A stretch of DNA of 63,324 bases, the filler included, from Octopus bimaculoides (Eukaryota): assembly GCF_001194135.2 (NCBI RefSeq). It is 6 parts of 5 records of this genome, joined end to end, with 100 filler letters (N's around TTAATTAATTAA, not from the genome) between each part and the next. Parts side by side here need not be neighbours in the genome. Positions count along the whole stretch, not along the records: positions 16,268 to 37,844 come from NC_068989.1; positions 37,945 to 45,693 come from NC_068985.1; positions 45,794 to 53,879 come from NC_068985.1; 3 more parts are not named here. One strand, written 5' to 3'. Below the pieces are notes generated by a model that saw nothing but the letters and a program-made list of their open reading frames with translations, was not told the origin of the DNA and searched no databases. A program made the translations under genes and the position numbers. Of the stretch, positions 37,446 through 50,715 are shown in pieces (the first letter of the stretch is position 1; each line of letters starts with the position of its first letter).

Positions 37446-40319
37446 TGCATATATATACATACACATATTATGTATATATTTATGTGTGTGCACATATATA
37501 TATATGTATACATATATATGTGTGTATATGTGTGTATTGCAATTTTCTGAAACATGGATTACTTGTTAATAAAATTTTCGCCATATGCATCTCCATTGGT
37601 GTAGATTACAATTATATTGGAATTTGTTGTATAAAATATTTTTCTATCTCTTTTAAATAAACTCAAAAGTAGCCAGTCCTCAATGTGGTTGTTTAGTATG
37701 CATAAAATATTAGGCATAAAAATCGGCCACTATTCTGATCTCCTAATATGCTGCAAAGGGTAAAAAATTCCTTTGCAGTATACTAGGAGCCAAGATTACT
37801 TGACAGTACATGAAAAAAGAACAAGGAAAAAAAATAACTCCGAGNNNNNNNNNNNNNNNNNNNNNNNNNNNNNNNNNNNNNNNNNNNNTTAATTAATTAA
37901 NNNNNNNNNNNNNNNNNNNNNNNNNNNNNNNNNNNNNNNNNNNNATATGTATATGAATATATATACATTATCTATAGGTAAGATAATCTTTTAAGTTATA
38001 GAAGTAATGGAACCATGTGGTTTGAAATAACATGTACGTGTTTATACTTTGTTGCTTTATCTTTTAAACAGTTTTTTTATTTAGCTTTAATCGTAGCAAA
38101 TTTTTATAGTAATAATTAATTACAAATATACTTTTATCAGTTCCTATTTAATAATGTAATGTTTTTATTAGTTACCGGCAATTTTGCATTATAGCTTATG
38201 GGGGTAATATATTTTAAGAGTAAGCACTGTTTTTTTTTTTGTGTTAACTGTTGAATTATGAAATAATCGATTTCATTCATAATCTTTATATTATTCGTTA
38301 CCTTAAATTCAAGATTGTTTTGTTTTCGAGAGAATAAGAACAGTTTTCACTTTCTTTTATTATAGTAGTAACTATGGAAGACTAGTGGGGTTATAAGTTG
38401 CATGGACTTGAATATTGGTCGCTATTTAGTATATAATTTAGTTATTGTAGGTTTGCTATTAATACACATATAGATGTACATAGATTCATGTGATACTTGT
38501 AGTTTAATTTAAAGTTACTGTTTACTCTAACCTATATTTAGATTGAATACTGTTCTACATAGGTAAGTGTGTTTGAAAGTCGTCGCTTGTTTTTGGTATA
38601 TTTGTGTTGAAACGACATTTACCATAACCGAATGATAAGTTACAATATATCTATGTCCTGTCTAATCAACCTGGATTTGGCTTTAATAGCATTGTCACTA
38701 GTATATCTAACAAGATTTCTTACCTCTCAGTTAATAGGTACAAAATGAGGATCCACAGTGAGGCTAAACTGTCTAGTTGTGGAACTTATGCATTGACTCC
38801 CTGGATCCCACATTAACCCACCACACACCAAAACTATGAACTTCAGTCATAACAACCTTACTAATATCATTTAAACTTGTATTCCAACGCTAACTCTACT
38901 CTCCAGTAACCTACTGTTTTATGGTCCCTCACATAGAATACAATTTCAGAACCCCTATCTAATATTTGGATGTTCAGTTCAATTTACCCAATCGAATAAG
39001 TAAAATCGTGACCAAAGTTGCATAGGAAAATCTAATTTGGATGAATATGTACAACCATTTTAAATTTAAATAAAATAAATGCATATATGTGCTAGATCAA
39101 ACGATACTAGGGCACTTATCAAGCGGGAAAACTTGTCAGATTGCAATTTTATGAGAAAAATGGTTTAATAGATAAATTTTGAAGATTTATAATTCTCCAT
39201 TCTTCTGTATGCTGGTTTTTATTATATCATATATATATGTGTATGTGAATAAACACTTACATACACTTATATAATAAACACTTACATATATATAATGCTG
39301 TATACGTAGACAATGAGAAAATGTATTCGTGGTGAGGAAGAAATGGAGGACTTGAAATTGTACAGAGTATGTGTTAATATTTCCGTTTACACTCATACGC
39401 GTTTTATTTGACAACTAGATTTTTCTCAGCATCTGAATGTGCAAAAAACATTTTTCTTTCGTCATTCTAATATTATTAATTGGCATAAATGCGCTCAGTT
39501 TTGTCAATGAAAATCAAATACCAATCGCTTTATATGCAGCGTGCATTAGGTGTCATTATGAGTTATTCGATGTGGGAAATGAATGTTCCTTTCCCAACGG
39601 CAGACAGAATTCCATAAAGCTTTCAATTAACTGAGTGTTGTAACCAATATAGCAATATCATCTAAAATGGAAGCATCAACTGAATAGAAAATATTTTTTG
39701 AATACTCTATGTAAACCAGAAATAGTGTTCATATCAAAGAAAGTCGAAACTCATAAAAATAAGACTCAGATGTAGTCAATAGACCTTTTGTACTATAAGA
39801 GAATTTTTTCCCAGTCTACATTAGAACACAGGTTGATATTGACATCACTTCTATAAAATATCCTTATTCACATATTTATACATGATTGCTTTTCTTATAT
39901 TCTTCAGTTTTCATTTTAAAACTAATTTTATTACATTTTTCTTCATATATTTTTTGATTCATACACATATACATACATGCACACACACATATATATACAT
40001 ACTGAGAGAGAGGGCGAGAAAGAGTAATGTAATACAAGCAACATGTATGTGTGTATCTAAATGTGTATATACGTATGCTTTTGTATTTGTTTCGGTGTAT
40101 TTATGTCTTTAACCTCTGATATTATGCAGCTATACATGTTTTAGGTGGGTGGAGTTTCTCTCTGGGCATAAGTCTATAAACGTACAATTCTGAGATAGTG
40201 TTTTAAAATTTGATTGTACCTAATTTATCACTTGAAGAAAATATATCATATTTCAATTTATTCACAATTTCTTGGTACCTGCTCGGCTGTTGTCGTACTG
40301 ATATTATCGTCACTATCAG

Positions 40320-40345
40320 TTTCATCATCATCATCATCACCATTA

Positions 40346-40410
<65 letters not shown>

Positions 40411-40500
40411 ATTTTTATCATCGCCAACATCATCATCATCACCCTCATCATAATTATGTTCATCATCATCATCCATCATCATCATCATCATCATCATAAT
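40320..40500. repeat. Compound (ATC)n/(ATT)n microsatellite; many other (TA)n, (CA)n, (ATT)n and (TCTA)n tracts occur, e.g. 10461-10543, 16025-16167, 25600-25730, 32697-32768
   Basis: Direct inspection of the sequence. Confidence 0.95.
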
Positions 40501-42489
40501 GAACAAAAGCAACAATTAAAACATAATCATTACCATCAGCCTACATCTTTCTCCTACGAACATGATCAGCCTCAGCCCAGCATCCTGTCATAGGATCTTC
40601 ATATAAGATATCCAGGAAGGAGATCAGTTCATCTTACGATGCATAGATCGATTTCCAGATGACTGTTTGCTTGGTTAACCACATTTAGTTTCTCAGAGAG
40701 TATTCAGGTCGTTACAATTGGAGATATTAAGTAGGCTTTTTTACTTGATATTTCCGCAGATATATACATTATCTGCAGACTGAAAACAATTGGCACTAAG
40801 ATCAATTTATATCATCTATGTGCAGCATTTATCGAGAATATGCTGATTGAATACATTGTGTATGATGATTTCATACCGTCGACAATTACTTTCAACAGAG
40901 CGTTGCAATCTATAGCATTAATCGAATTAGTTTAGTTACTTATCATGAAAGTTAACTGGCATTAGTCCAAGTCTCGCACTTGCTCAGAATCATTCAACTT
41001 GTAAAACTTTGCACCTATTGTTTTCTTGCATTTTCATTGTTCAAAAAACATTTTTTTTTGTTTTTTGAAGTAGAAACAACCAGAGTAGGTTATGACAATA
41101 TTAGATTAATGATAATCCTAGTTTAATTTTGACCGTATATAGTTTAATATTTATAACTGCTCCATTTTTCTTTCTTACAACTTCACTTCGAACACATTCT
41201 ACATGAATATCACGATATATTCCGCCCTCACACCCTTTCTCTTCAATATTGTAGCACTGGTGAAGATTTGCCAGCGTCTGAAACACATGTAACATGAACA
41301 AAAATAATAAATGGGGAGTGTTAAAGACACAGTACACAATAACAACGAAGAGGGGAATAATGAAGAAAGAAACTATTTTCTAGACGGAACCTGATTTTCT
41401 CATTTCTTTTTCTTTATAACGAATATGCCTTCATTTCTTCTGCTTTCCCTCAACACTTACTTTCATAGGAAATGTTTCCAAGTTTCTTAAGAGATTTGAT
41501 ATGAAAAAGTTATAATTCATAAGGATATCTGTCATACAAACACAAGCACTCACATATGCATAAACACAAACACGAAAACACACTCACACGCACGCATACA
41601 CACATACACATACAAATATAGCTGTCTTAGGATATATATTCCTTCAAAGAACGTTTACATGTACATCTTTCGAATCGGTTATTTCTTATATATCTTGAAA
41701 TTACATTTTTACACTTACATTTTAACGTCTTAAGATATATGTTAACAGCAGAAAATCATTCCTCAGCATAAATGCTGCAGCATCTTCAAGTTGGCTCTTT
41801 TTTGTCTAAAACGTTTTCTCCCCTTTCTAACACAAACAGATCAATTTCTTACAATTTTTTCCCCACCAATGATAAAGAAAGACTTTTCCAGATAGCTGAA
41901 ACAAACGAATGGCATTAAAAAAATAGGGCAAGTTAAAGCTTGTCTGTATGCAGCTTAAGAATGGTAGTGAACATGTCCATGGCTGCCATAAAAATGGTGG
42001 TAGGTAGAAAAATATAGATGCCTGAAAAGCAACACAGTGCTGCCAAACAGGCTGCAAGTAGATATAAGTTAGTTCCACAACAGCTCAAAACTAGGCAGAA
42101 TACACAGAGAGCAAGGCTACATTCCACACATTCACACAAGAGCAGTGGACAAATACCTTCAACTTACGACATTCACCATGACTGAGCATCTGAAAATATA
42201 GTTTCAAATACTACCATATCCAAAATTCATGATACGTCTAAGCCAATATATAGCTAAAAGGGACAAATACAATGTGCTGTCACATTGGAAATGCAAAACA
42301 AAAACTACTAGTCCGTGCATGTCTACTTGAGACACCAAAATGATTTCAGGCTGAAGATACTGACAAATCCATGCATTTTTGAGACCACCAAAAGATTTAC
42401 CTCTACTTACAAAATGGCTTCATTGGATGTGAATACATACATACATACATACATACATACATACATACATACATACATACAACTACATG

Positions 42490-43582
42490 TATGAGATGTA
42501 TTCCACAAATTCTGAGACTTTTTTAAATATTAATACAGATTTAGTCTGTCATTGCTATACATCTAATAAGTTAACCTGTTAAATCTCTTGACAATCGACA
42601 AAATTTAGCATTTTGATGTTATGAAGTATCAGCAGAAAAAGGGTTTAGTCCTTGAAGACATTATTGCTAACATGGTTGTTACATTACGTGATGACGCTGT
42701 AGCATTATCAATGGCGCAATGTTGGCTGTTGTGTTTAGGAGAAAAACGGTGAGAAGCTGACACAAGGTCTGGACGTCCTGCAACTGCCACCAGCGAGGTC
42801 GATTTCACCACATGCTGATGGTTGACAAGAGATTGACTATAAAGTAAATTGCCAATGATATTAGCATATCCTGTGAAAGAATTGAATATATTCTGAAGAA
42901 TGATCTTGACATGACCAAGGTTTCTGCTGGGTGAGTGCCACAATTTCTGAGACCTGATCAAAAGCGCACGAAGCTGATTATATGAGGGAAAAATCTGACA
43001 TCGTTTCAGGCGGATCCAGGTGGTTTTCTTGAATGCTCTTAAAACCTGGATGAGTATTGGGTTCATCATTCGGAACTAGTGACAAAGGGACTCCTTTGCC
43101 TTTGTGTTTTTAACAACTTCAAAAGAGTCACACTGTCAATAAAGGGTACTCTGGAAAGCAGTTCCAATGGGCTATTAAAAGACAAAAATGGCAAGGAAAA
43201 CTGATGAAAGGGGTCTTGTTTCATCAGGACTATGCTCCATAACGTAAATGCTTTGTTTCTATGGCTACTGTCCGTGACTGTTGTTTTGGACTGGTTGATC
43301 AGCCTCCTTATTCTCCTAATGTGGCCACATCTCACTATCATCAGTTCTACAAAATTAAAAAAGGGATGGGGACCAGTTTCGCAGTGTTGATGACGTCATA
43401 TCAGCTGTTGATAGCTTTTCCACCAACAGGATGAAAGCTTCCTTATCAATGGGAGGCAAGCACTGCAGCACCGATGGAAAAATTGCATGGACCGTAATGG
43501 TAACTATATTGAACGTAAACCTCATTTTGTCACATTCCATGAGACCTTGTTCGGCCTCTTAAATTTTCAGCCGACTCACGTA
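42490..43582 (+). mobile_element. Mariner transposon, decayed
   Basis: RSGRP, G*VPQFLRPDQK (WVP-like), FHQDYAP and QPPYSPNVA motifs on the plus strand. The listed minus ORFs are antisense. Confidence 0.8.
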
Positions 43583-43789
43583 AATGCAAGAACATTTAAA
43601 TATCAAAAGAGGTAAAGCATAATAATTTCTCATGGTGATTCAGTGTCAGAAAATATTTAACCCAGATCACTTTCATACGCTCTACAGCCCTTAAGTAAAT
43701 CATTATATAATTATGATGATGAGAAGGAGGTGGAGAATGAGAAGGAGGATTAGGAGGATTATGGCTGGTTCTTCATCTCTGAAGATCAT

Positions 43790-44340
43790 AAGGAATAGCG
43801 GCACGTCTTCAAATCACTATTTAAATAGATCCTTAGCGATGCTGGGTCTATCTTCCTTTCTGCGCTTTGTATTGTTGTTCTGAGATTGAATCCGCTGAAT
43901 CCGATCCGCCCTTATCTTTCCACATTGACTCAGTGCATTATGATGCCTGCGGTAACAAGCTGGTAGTTTTACATTGGAGTGACCTTCTCCTTGGTGAAAC
44001 GCCATACAGAACTGAAGAAGATCTACCCCTACTCTGGAGTGACCGGAAGAGCCTCAATGTAAGCACAGAACCACCAGCGTGATTCCACTTTTCGATTTGT
44101 TTCTTCGATTGACTCCTCAAGCCTTTCATCTCCCAGTGTACTCACAAGGGACCGACGGGTTGTGCTTGGAGATTTTTTTATGTAACACTGCTAATTAACC
44201 GATACCTGGAAGTCTGAAAGGTGCTGTTACTCCGAATCATAGTAGTCCTGGGATAACAGAATCCAAAAAGGTGCTTCTGCACTTCACAAAACCCTCGAAA
44301 TCCTGACACTGGATCCCACTACCGGATGCAGTTTAAAGCC
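43790..44340 (-). mobile_element. Probable LINE apurinic-endonuclease domain remnant (RTE-like)
   Basis: Decayed G.VSPR.R (GVGF-like), CY.RH.NA and RRKEDRPSIAKDL (IIAGD.N-like) in the expected order. Confidence 0.4.
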
Positions 44341-44869
44341 ATACCTAAGAACATAAACTCTATATACATGAGCATAACTGTTGTAAAACACTAGCATGTC
44401 TTGTGCTTCACATCTTTTATAGTGCATTATGTATCTTTCTTTTCTGTTGTACACAACTAAAATATCGCATGTTATATTTACTTAAATATAAACAATGAAC
44501 ATAACTATCCCATTATTGTTACATTTGTTCTTTCGAAACCACGAAGCTTCCATACATCCGCTCGATCAACCCATGTGGTTCATTAGAGGTATGCCCTCAC
44601 TCATATATATCGAACGTTTATTTGAGAAGAGAATGAAAACCTCCATCGAATAGCAGGCGTATAATTCAGAAAGCTTTCACTTTAAATGAATCACTAATAT
44701 TTGGTTATTTTATTTTTATTATTTCTAGTATTAGCTAAATTAATGTTAGTATTAGTACATGTACACACATTTAACATGCTGATTTACTAATACTAACATT
44801 AATTTAGCTAATACCATCTATCCCCATAGAAATATTAATAACAATGTTATTGTATCTGAAGTCAATTAC

Positions 44870-45240
44870 AAAAGAATCAAGTTTATGTTAAGTAACTCTA
44901 AAATTAAAAATTCTATATACCAGTGTAAAATTACTTCTAGCAATAAAGTATATTTGTTTTATATAGGCAGCTCATCTTCTCAGTTATCAAAAAGAATTTG
45001 TAATCATTACTCTATGTTTAGGGATAGGAATAAACGTAACAGTACTGGGCTTAGTGAATTAATTTGGTATCTAAAAAACGATTTAATTTAGTGTGGTTGA
45101 TTCTCTCAATTTCGATACCCTATGAAAAAAGCAAAGAATTTTGTCTTCTCTGTAATTCTGAACTATTTTTAATTCTTTTTTCTAAAAGTCCCCTTGTAAA
45201 CACGGTTATAGACTGTGCAACCCGTTGTAAATATTGACAG
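44870..45240 (+). pseudogene. GIY-YIG endonuclease remnant of a second PLE family (Naiad/Neptune-like C-terminus)
   Basis: IYQCKI...FYIGSS...KRICNHYSMFR.RNKRNSTGLSELIWYLK, then after a frameshift PYEKSKEFCLLCNSELFLI (CxLCxxE motif). Confidence 0.75.
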
Positions 45241-45556
45241 AAGAACGCCTTTAGTTCATATAAGTGATATCTATCATTATATGTAATTTAAACCTTAATT
45301 TTCTTCTTACATTTCACATTCACTAGATATATCTTTTTACAAGACTATAGAGTTTTATTTAATTTACATATCATTATATATTTCCCATTTACTTGTTTTG
45401 TTTTGCTTTCCTTCACTCCTCCTCTTTCTATAGGCTACTTTTGACGTTATTTCCTCTAACGTTTATTGAAAACAAACTTAATAGCGTTCTGGTAATCACT
45501 ATACATATCCATCATATTCTGTTAAAATGTCTTATTGACGAGTTTCATTATTTCAT

Positions 45557-45641
45557 TTCCCTGAAGAGAATATTACATTGTTTTACACCATTTTATTCTT
45601 TTGGAATATTATCAGTGATATCTTCGAAACATGTGTCGGAA
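45557..45641 (+). ncRNA. Hammerhead ribozyme with long stem II
   Basis: TTCC-CTGAAGA-GAATATTAC...GTGATATCTTC-GAAAC-ATGT-GTC-GGAA. Stem I TTCC/GGAA, GUC triplet, palindromic ACATGT stem III. Lies about 320 nt downstream of the GIY-YIG stop. Confidence 0.75.
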
Positions 45642-45829
45642 GTAAAAGAATTTGAATAACACCTGCGTTAAACTCCATATATATATATATATANNNNNNN
45701 NNNNNNNNNNNNNNNNNNNNNNNNNNNNNNNNNNNNNTTAATTAATTAANNNNNNNNNNNNNNNNNNNNNNNNNNNNNNNNNNNNNNNNNNNNATGGTTG
45801 TATAAGAAAGTTGGTTATACATCATTAGA

Positions 45830-46224
45830 TGTATACCTGACTTTCCTATATAAAATTAGAAATATAACGGAACGCTGTACTCCAGACTATCAACTTAAAC
45901 AACATTTATTCAGGTGGTAAATATATACATCTTTAGCTCTTGTTTGTTGTTACAGCTTCTGTGTGTGTGAGCATAGTTGTTGGGACGTTTGGTATGTAGA
46001 TGTAAGCGAGCTGTCGAGCGTAAGTCCGAAAGATGGAGAGTGACAGCTAAACACGTCCATGCTCTATTGCTGGCCAGCAAGAGACTGTCTCCAGAGTTGG
46101 AATGTTGGAGACACGTCCATGCTCATGACCGGCCGACCGAGAAAAAGATAGAATAGAAGCGGGAACGCTTGGTTGTTTAATTCCACGCATGCGTGAGACT
46201 ACGCATGCGCACGGCGTTACTACA
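45830..46224 (-). mobile_element. Probable solo LTR
   Basis: The minus strand starts TGTAGTAA and ends GTATACA, has AATAAA in its 3' part, and is CpG-rich. TSD is only partial (ttaga/gttga). Confidence 0.55.
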
Positions 46225-47099
46225 GTTGAACCCTTGATGGGGCAGATTTTTGATCAAAGTCATTCCAGTTGCTGACTATCCCGTCTTTTTAGGGCTATGT
46301 AGGACTATATCATTTAATGAGTCTTTTATTTAAGGCGATAATGTGTGATTTAATGGCAATTTAGTTGCTGTTTCAAGCAGGTCGAGCTAAAGTAAAGTGG
46401 CTTTAAATACCTCACCATTATTACATGCTAAACTTTCGAAATATATTTGGGGCATTGTACCGATGTAGGATGAATTTTTTTAGCTTGAAAGGAGGGCGAA
46501 TTACTTGTGCTTAAAATCTTACTCGGGGCGATTTTTATATTCCATCCTCGCAAGGCTTGATAATATAAGAATGATACAGTTTCCTGGAAAGGAAGGGTCG
46601 ATTTAATCAACCGTGCTCGTCACGCCGAATCTGCAACTTTCATTATCATTTCGAAAAGTCGGTTATCTTCAAATAAGTTAGAATCGTTACTGATACAATA
46701 AGAATCCTAACATTCCGAGCAAAGCCCTTCATGAAAAGGAGAAACATTTTTGCCGACTCAGACCATCGGTGGTTTGCTCAGACATGGATAGGGAGGCGAT
46801 ATTCTCCCGTAAATCTGTTCAAAGATGGGTGACAATGACGAAAACAGCAAGAGTATATGAGTTTCATCCTCATTACATAACTCTCAGTCGGCGAATGACA
46901 GTTGAGAGAGGGCACTTACCCTTGCTATCAGATCCTGGATTTGTGGGGTTTCCTTGATTGGTTCTAGTCACAGGCCCTCCTGTATCAGAAAGATTGTATC
47001 GTCACATATTTATGTACTATATTCTATCTTATTCGTTTTTCTTCCTCATTCTATTTTTGTCTACTCCCCCCCTCCTATTTTGTATAAGATTTTTATTAT

Positions 47100-47465
47100 T
47101 ATTAGGAGTTCAAATTCCGCTGAGGTCGACTCTGCCTTTCATCCTTTCGGGGGTCGATGAAATGAGTACCAGTTACGCACTGGGGTCGATGTAATCGACT
47201 AGCCTCCTCCAAAATTTCAGGCATTGTGCCTTTAATAGAAAGGATTATTATTATAGTGGTGAATTGGCAAAATCGTAATAGTGTCAGGAAATGCCTCGCA
47301 GTTTCTATTCAGATTGTACTTTTGAGTACAAATCTCGCCAAGGTCAACTTTGCCTTTTCCTTTTTCAGAGTCGATAAAATAAAATACCAGTCCAGTAGTG
47401 GAGATGATGTAATCGACTGTTCCATCCTTCCGCCTAAAAATTTGCTCGCTATGTGCCAAAAGTTG
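47100..47465 (+). mobile_element. Two adjacent copies of a second SINE family
   Basis: gagttcaaattccgctgaggtcgactctgcctttcatcctttcggggtcgat...ggggtcgatgtaatcgact, repeated. Related pieces at 24110-24240, 54890-55020(-), 56418-56530(-) and 58400-58525. Confidence 0.7.
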
Positions 47466-47700
47466 AAACAGTCATTAGATTCGAATGATTTTATTTTTAA
47501 AGTTCCATTGATGTACAAAAGGTATCAATAAAATAAAATATCAATCGTGTCGAAGTGTAACTTACCACTTTCACTTTCGTTAAAAATTGTTTTAACTTTT
47601 CCTCGGGACATTCCCTGTGTAATGTATAACTTTCACTTTTTGCTGGTGATTTCCCTATCTTGACTTTTCAGTTTCTCTATCTAGAACCTGTACGTTAGAG

Positions 47701-47968
47701 CAGGGGCGTAGCCAGGTTCTAACGTTTGAGGGAACAAATAGATTTAAAAAAAGGTAAAAAGGCGCTGTGGCACATACCAAACAGTTTAAAACTTTTATGT
47801 TAAGCGAATCTTCATTCATAAATTTCATGTTTCAATAGCAATGTCATTATGTATGAAACTTATAACTACGGATAGGGAAGAAAAATTGTTGAAAAGGCGC
47901 TAATTTTGAAAAATGTGTTGGGGTGGAGAGCGGTCGCGCACCTTGCTCCCCTATTAGCTATGCCACTG
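47701..47968. mobile_element. hAT-type MITE
   Basis: TIRs caggggcgtagc / gctatgccactg. Degenerate 8-bp flanks cgttagag / cgtcaagg. Confidence 0.6.
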
Positions 47969-49136
47969 CGTCAAGGGCTCCTAACCTTTTTCGGTGCTAC
48001 TTTAGCGTGCAGTTGTCTGCTATATCTAGTCTACGCTGTGAAATGAACTGATTTGGGTTAGGGTTAGATTGCACGCTAAGGTGTAAAAAAGCCGGGTACA
48101 CAGCACGCTATAGAAGTACCGCTTTTTTCTCATACTTACCCTATCCCGCTCGCAACTGTTTGAAAGAAATTTCTCCCCACTCCCACTCTCTTTCTTTCAG
48201 TAAATTGAGTTGACACTTTTGTCGTAGGAAAACGGATGAAAAGAAAATTTCAAAATACTGTTTTAAAACCTTATTTAGTTCAAACAATAATAAAAATAGC
48301 ACAAAGTATATTATTTCATTTAGGAACCAATGATGAACAGATATCAGAATCAGAATAGACCTCCAGAGATCAGTATTAGATTACTTAACTCTTTCAGCAA
48401 CACAATAATGCTTACGAAATACATAGTTAAATCGGATTCGTTAAATCTAAGGTGGTAAGAAGAAGAAATAAATATTTTCCCAACACAACTTTAGATTAAA
48501 AAAAAAAAAAAATACTAATTCAAAATCGACAAATGTACTCCCTTCCTTGGTAAACGAACTTTACTCCCGTCTGGGAATTCCTCTTCTACGTAGTTGCCAT
48601 TTTTACGTCTGTGTTTATTAGTCAAGTGCGTAGGGGTGATTCTCTGGAAGGTTATTCTTATTTCTGACACCACGATTTCTTCATAATTTATANNNNNNNN
48701 NNNNNNNNNNNNNNNNNNNNNNNNNNNNNNNNNNNNNNNNNNNNNNNNNNNNNNNNNNNNNNNNNNNNNNNNNNNNNNNNNNNNNNNNNNNNNNNNNNNN
48801 NNNNNNNNNNNNNNNNNNNNNNNNNNNNNNNNNNNNNNNNNNNNNNNNNNNNNNNNNNNNNNNNNNNNNNNNNNNNNNNNNNNNNNNNNNNNNNNNNNNN
48901 NNNNNNNNNNNNNNNNNNNNNNNNNNNNNNNNNNNNNNNNNNNNNNNNNNNNNNNNNNNNNNNNNNNNNNNNNNNNNNNNNNNNNNNNNNNNNNNNNNNN
49001 NNNNNNNNNNNNNNNNNNNNNNNNNNNNNNNNNNNNNNNNNNNNNNNNNNNNNNNNNNNNNNNNNNNNNNNNNNNNNNNNNNNNNNNAAAAAAAAAAATG
49101 TCTTGAAAAGCCGAGGACAATTTTGTGTAACATGTT

Positions 49137-49200
<64 letters not shown>

Positions 49201-50120
49201 ACATCTGACTTCCACCGCTTAACAACCGGTATAGGTTTGGTTTCGCCTTCCGTAAATTAGCGATAGACATACTGAAGTCGATTTGTTTGACTAAAATAAA
49301 GGTGTTGCCAAGCATGGCCGCAGTCCAATGACTGGAACGTGTGCGCGCACACACATTCTACGGCGCTTCCAGTGGTGAAAGATACACTAATACGTTATGA
49401 AGAGACACTCGGTATTTCGCATGCACATTGATGTTTTTATTTTTATTACGAGAGTATTACTTATTTCTGTTGCAAAACTGAAAGGTAAGATCGAATTTAC
49501 GAATGTAAAAACAGTACGTTAAACACCTAGATCACCGCAGTTATATCTTCATTTCATTCAATCGATTATAATTGTAACCCGTTTCTGTAAAATTAGCTCA
49601 GAGCTAACGACGGTGTAGGACCTACGCGGTCGATTAATCTGCTGGAAATAGCAACCAAATACTCCTAAATTGATATCTTACCTTTAAAAAAAACCCTTAT
49701 AAAACTAACAGCAATCAAACAAACAAAACATTAGATAATGTACTCCTGAGGACATTGTATAGAAAAAAAGACAAGATGTTCACACCTGGAACATTTCTGG
49801 ATATAGGTTAGCTGAATTAGAGCCGTCCGGAAACTAAACAATAAAATCTAACAACAACAACAGTACGACTTTATATCTAGTCAATATACCACCACCACCA
49901 TTAGTTGTAGTTTGATTTTATCACGAATTGGAAATGAAATGGCTTTAAAAAATTTTTTTATTGAGAGTGGTATGATAGATTTGGAGTGTCGGGAGGAGCG
50001 TGGAGTAATGACATCGATTTGGTTTTCTTGTTACGCACATTGCTTTACTTCGAGTAAATCAACAGCAGACAAGTTGAATGTCTCCTTAACTGGGTGCAGA
50101 TATGTCATTGTGTGTGTGTG

Positions 50121-50172
<52 letters not shown>

Positions 50173-50468
50173 GCAGCTGTAAGCAGTGACTTCAGTAATA
50201 AATTACTCTGCCTCTGAACGCGCGCGCGCATACCTGTTTGTTTACGTGTGCAAGCGTATGTATGCGTGTATATATATAGGAATATCTGCTACACTTGTTT
50301 ATGTATCTATATATTATATGTACATATATATGAGCATATCTGTATATATCCTTGTACGTATGCGTGTTTATGTGTATATGGAAATATATTAACACATATT
50401 TAATATAATTTTATGTTTATATATATATATATCTATATATATATAAAGAGAGAGAGAGAGAGAGTTTG

Positions 50469-50515
<47 letters not shown>

Positions 50516-50715
50516 AAAGAGAGAGAGAGAGAGAGAGTTTGCATCTATGTATGTCTATTTGCACATAGGCATGTATGTATAAACAGCGGTGAGTTTCTTC
50601 AATTCTTCGTCGAAGAAGTGTATATGCATAGGTATATNNNNNNNNNNNNNNNNNNNNNNNNNNNNNNNNNNNNNNNNNNNNNNNNNNNGTATGTGTGTGT
50701 GTGTGTCTGTGTGTA

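Noticed and set aside
40203-40593. Poly-Ile/His/Asn/Met ORFs, and the [12 protein letters not shown] ORFs elsewhere
   Set aside because: Translations of microsatellites with no coding evidence.
41827-42139. Hydrophobic Cys-rich minus-strand ORFs resembling a membrane protein
   Set aside because: Two overlapping short frames, no recognisable family motif and no convincing exon boundaries. Could be decayed TE antisense.
42629-43341. 146-aa and 91-aa minus-strand ORFs
   Set aside because: Antisense to the plus-strand mariner transposase remnant.
44870-45660. Selenoprotein/SECIS claim for the Naiad-like fragment
   Set aside because: The copy is decayed and I cannot identify a SECIS or conserved in-frame TGA by eye.
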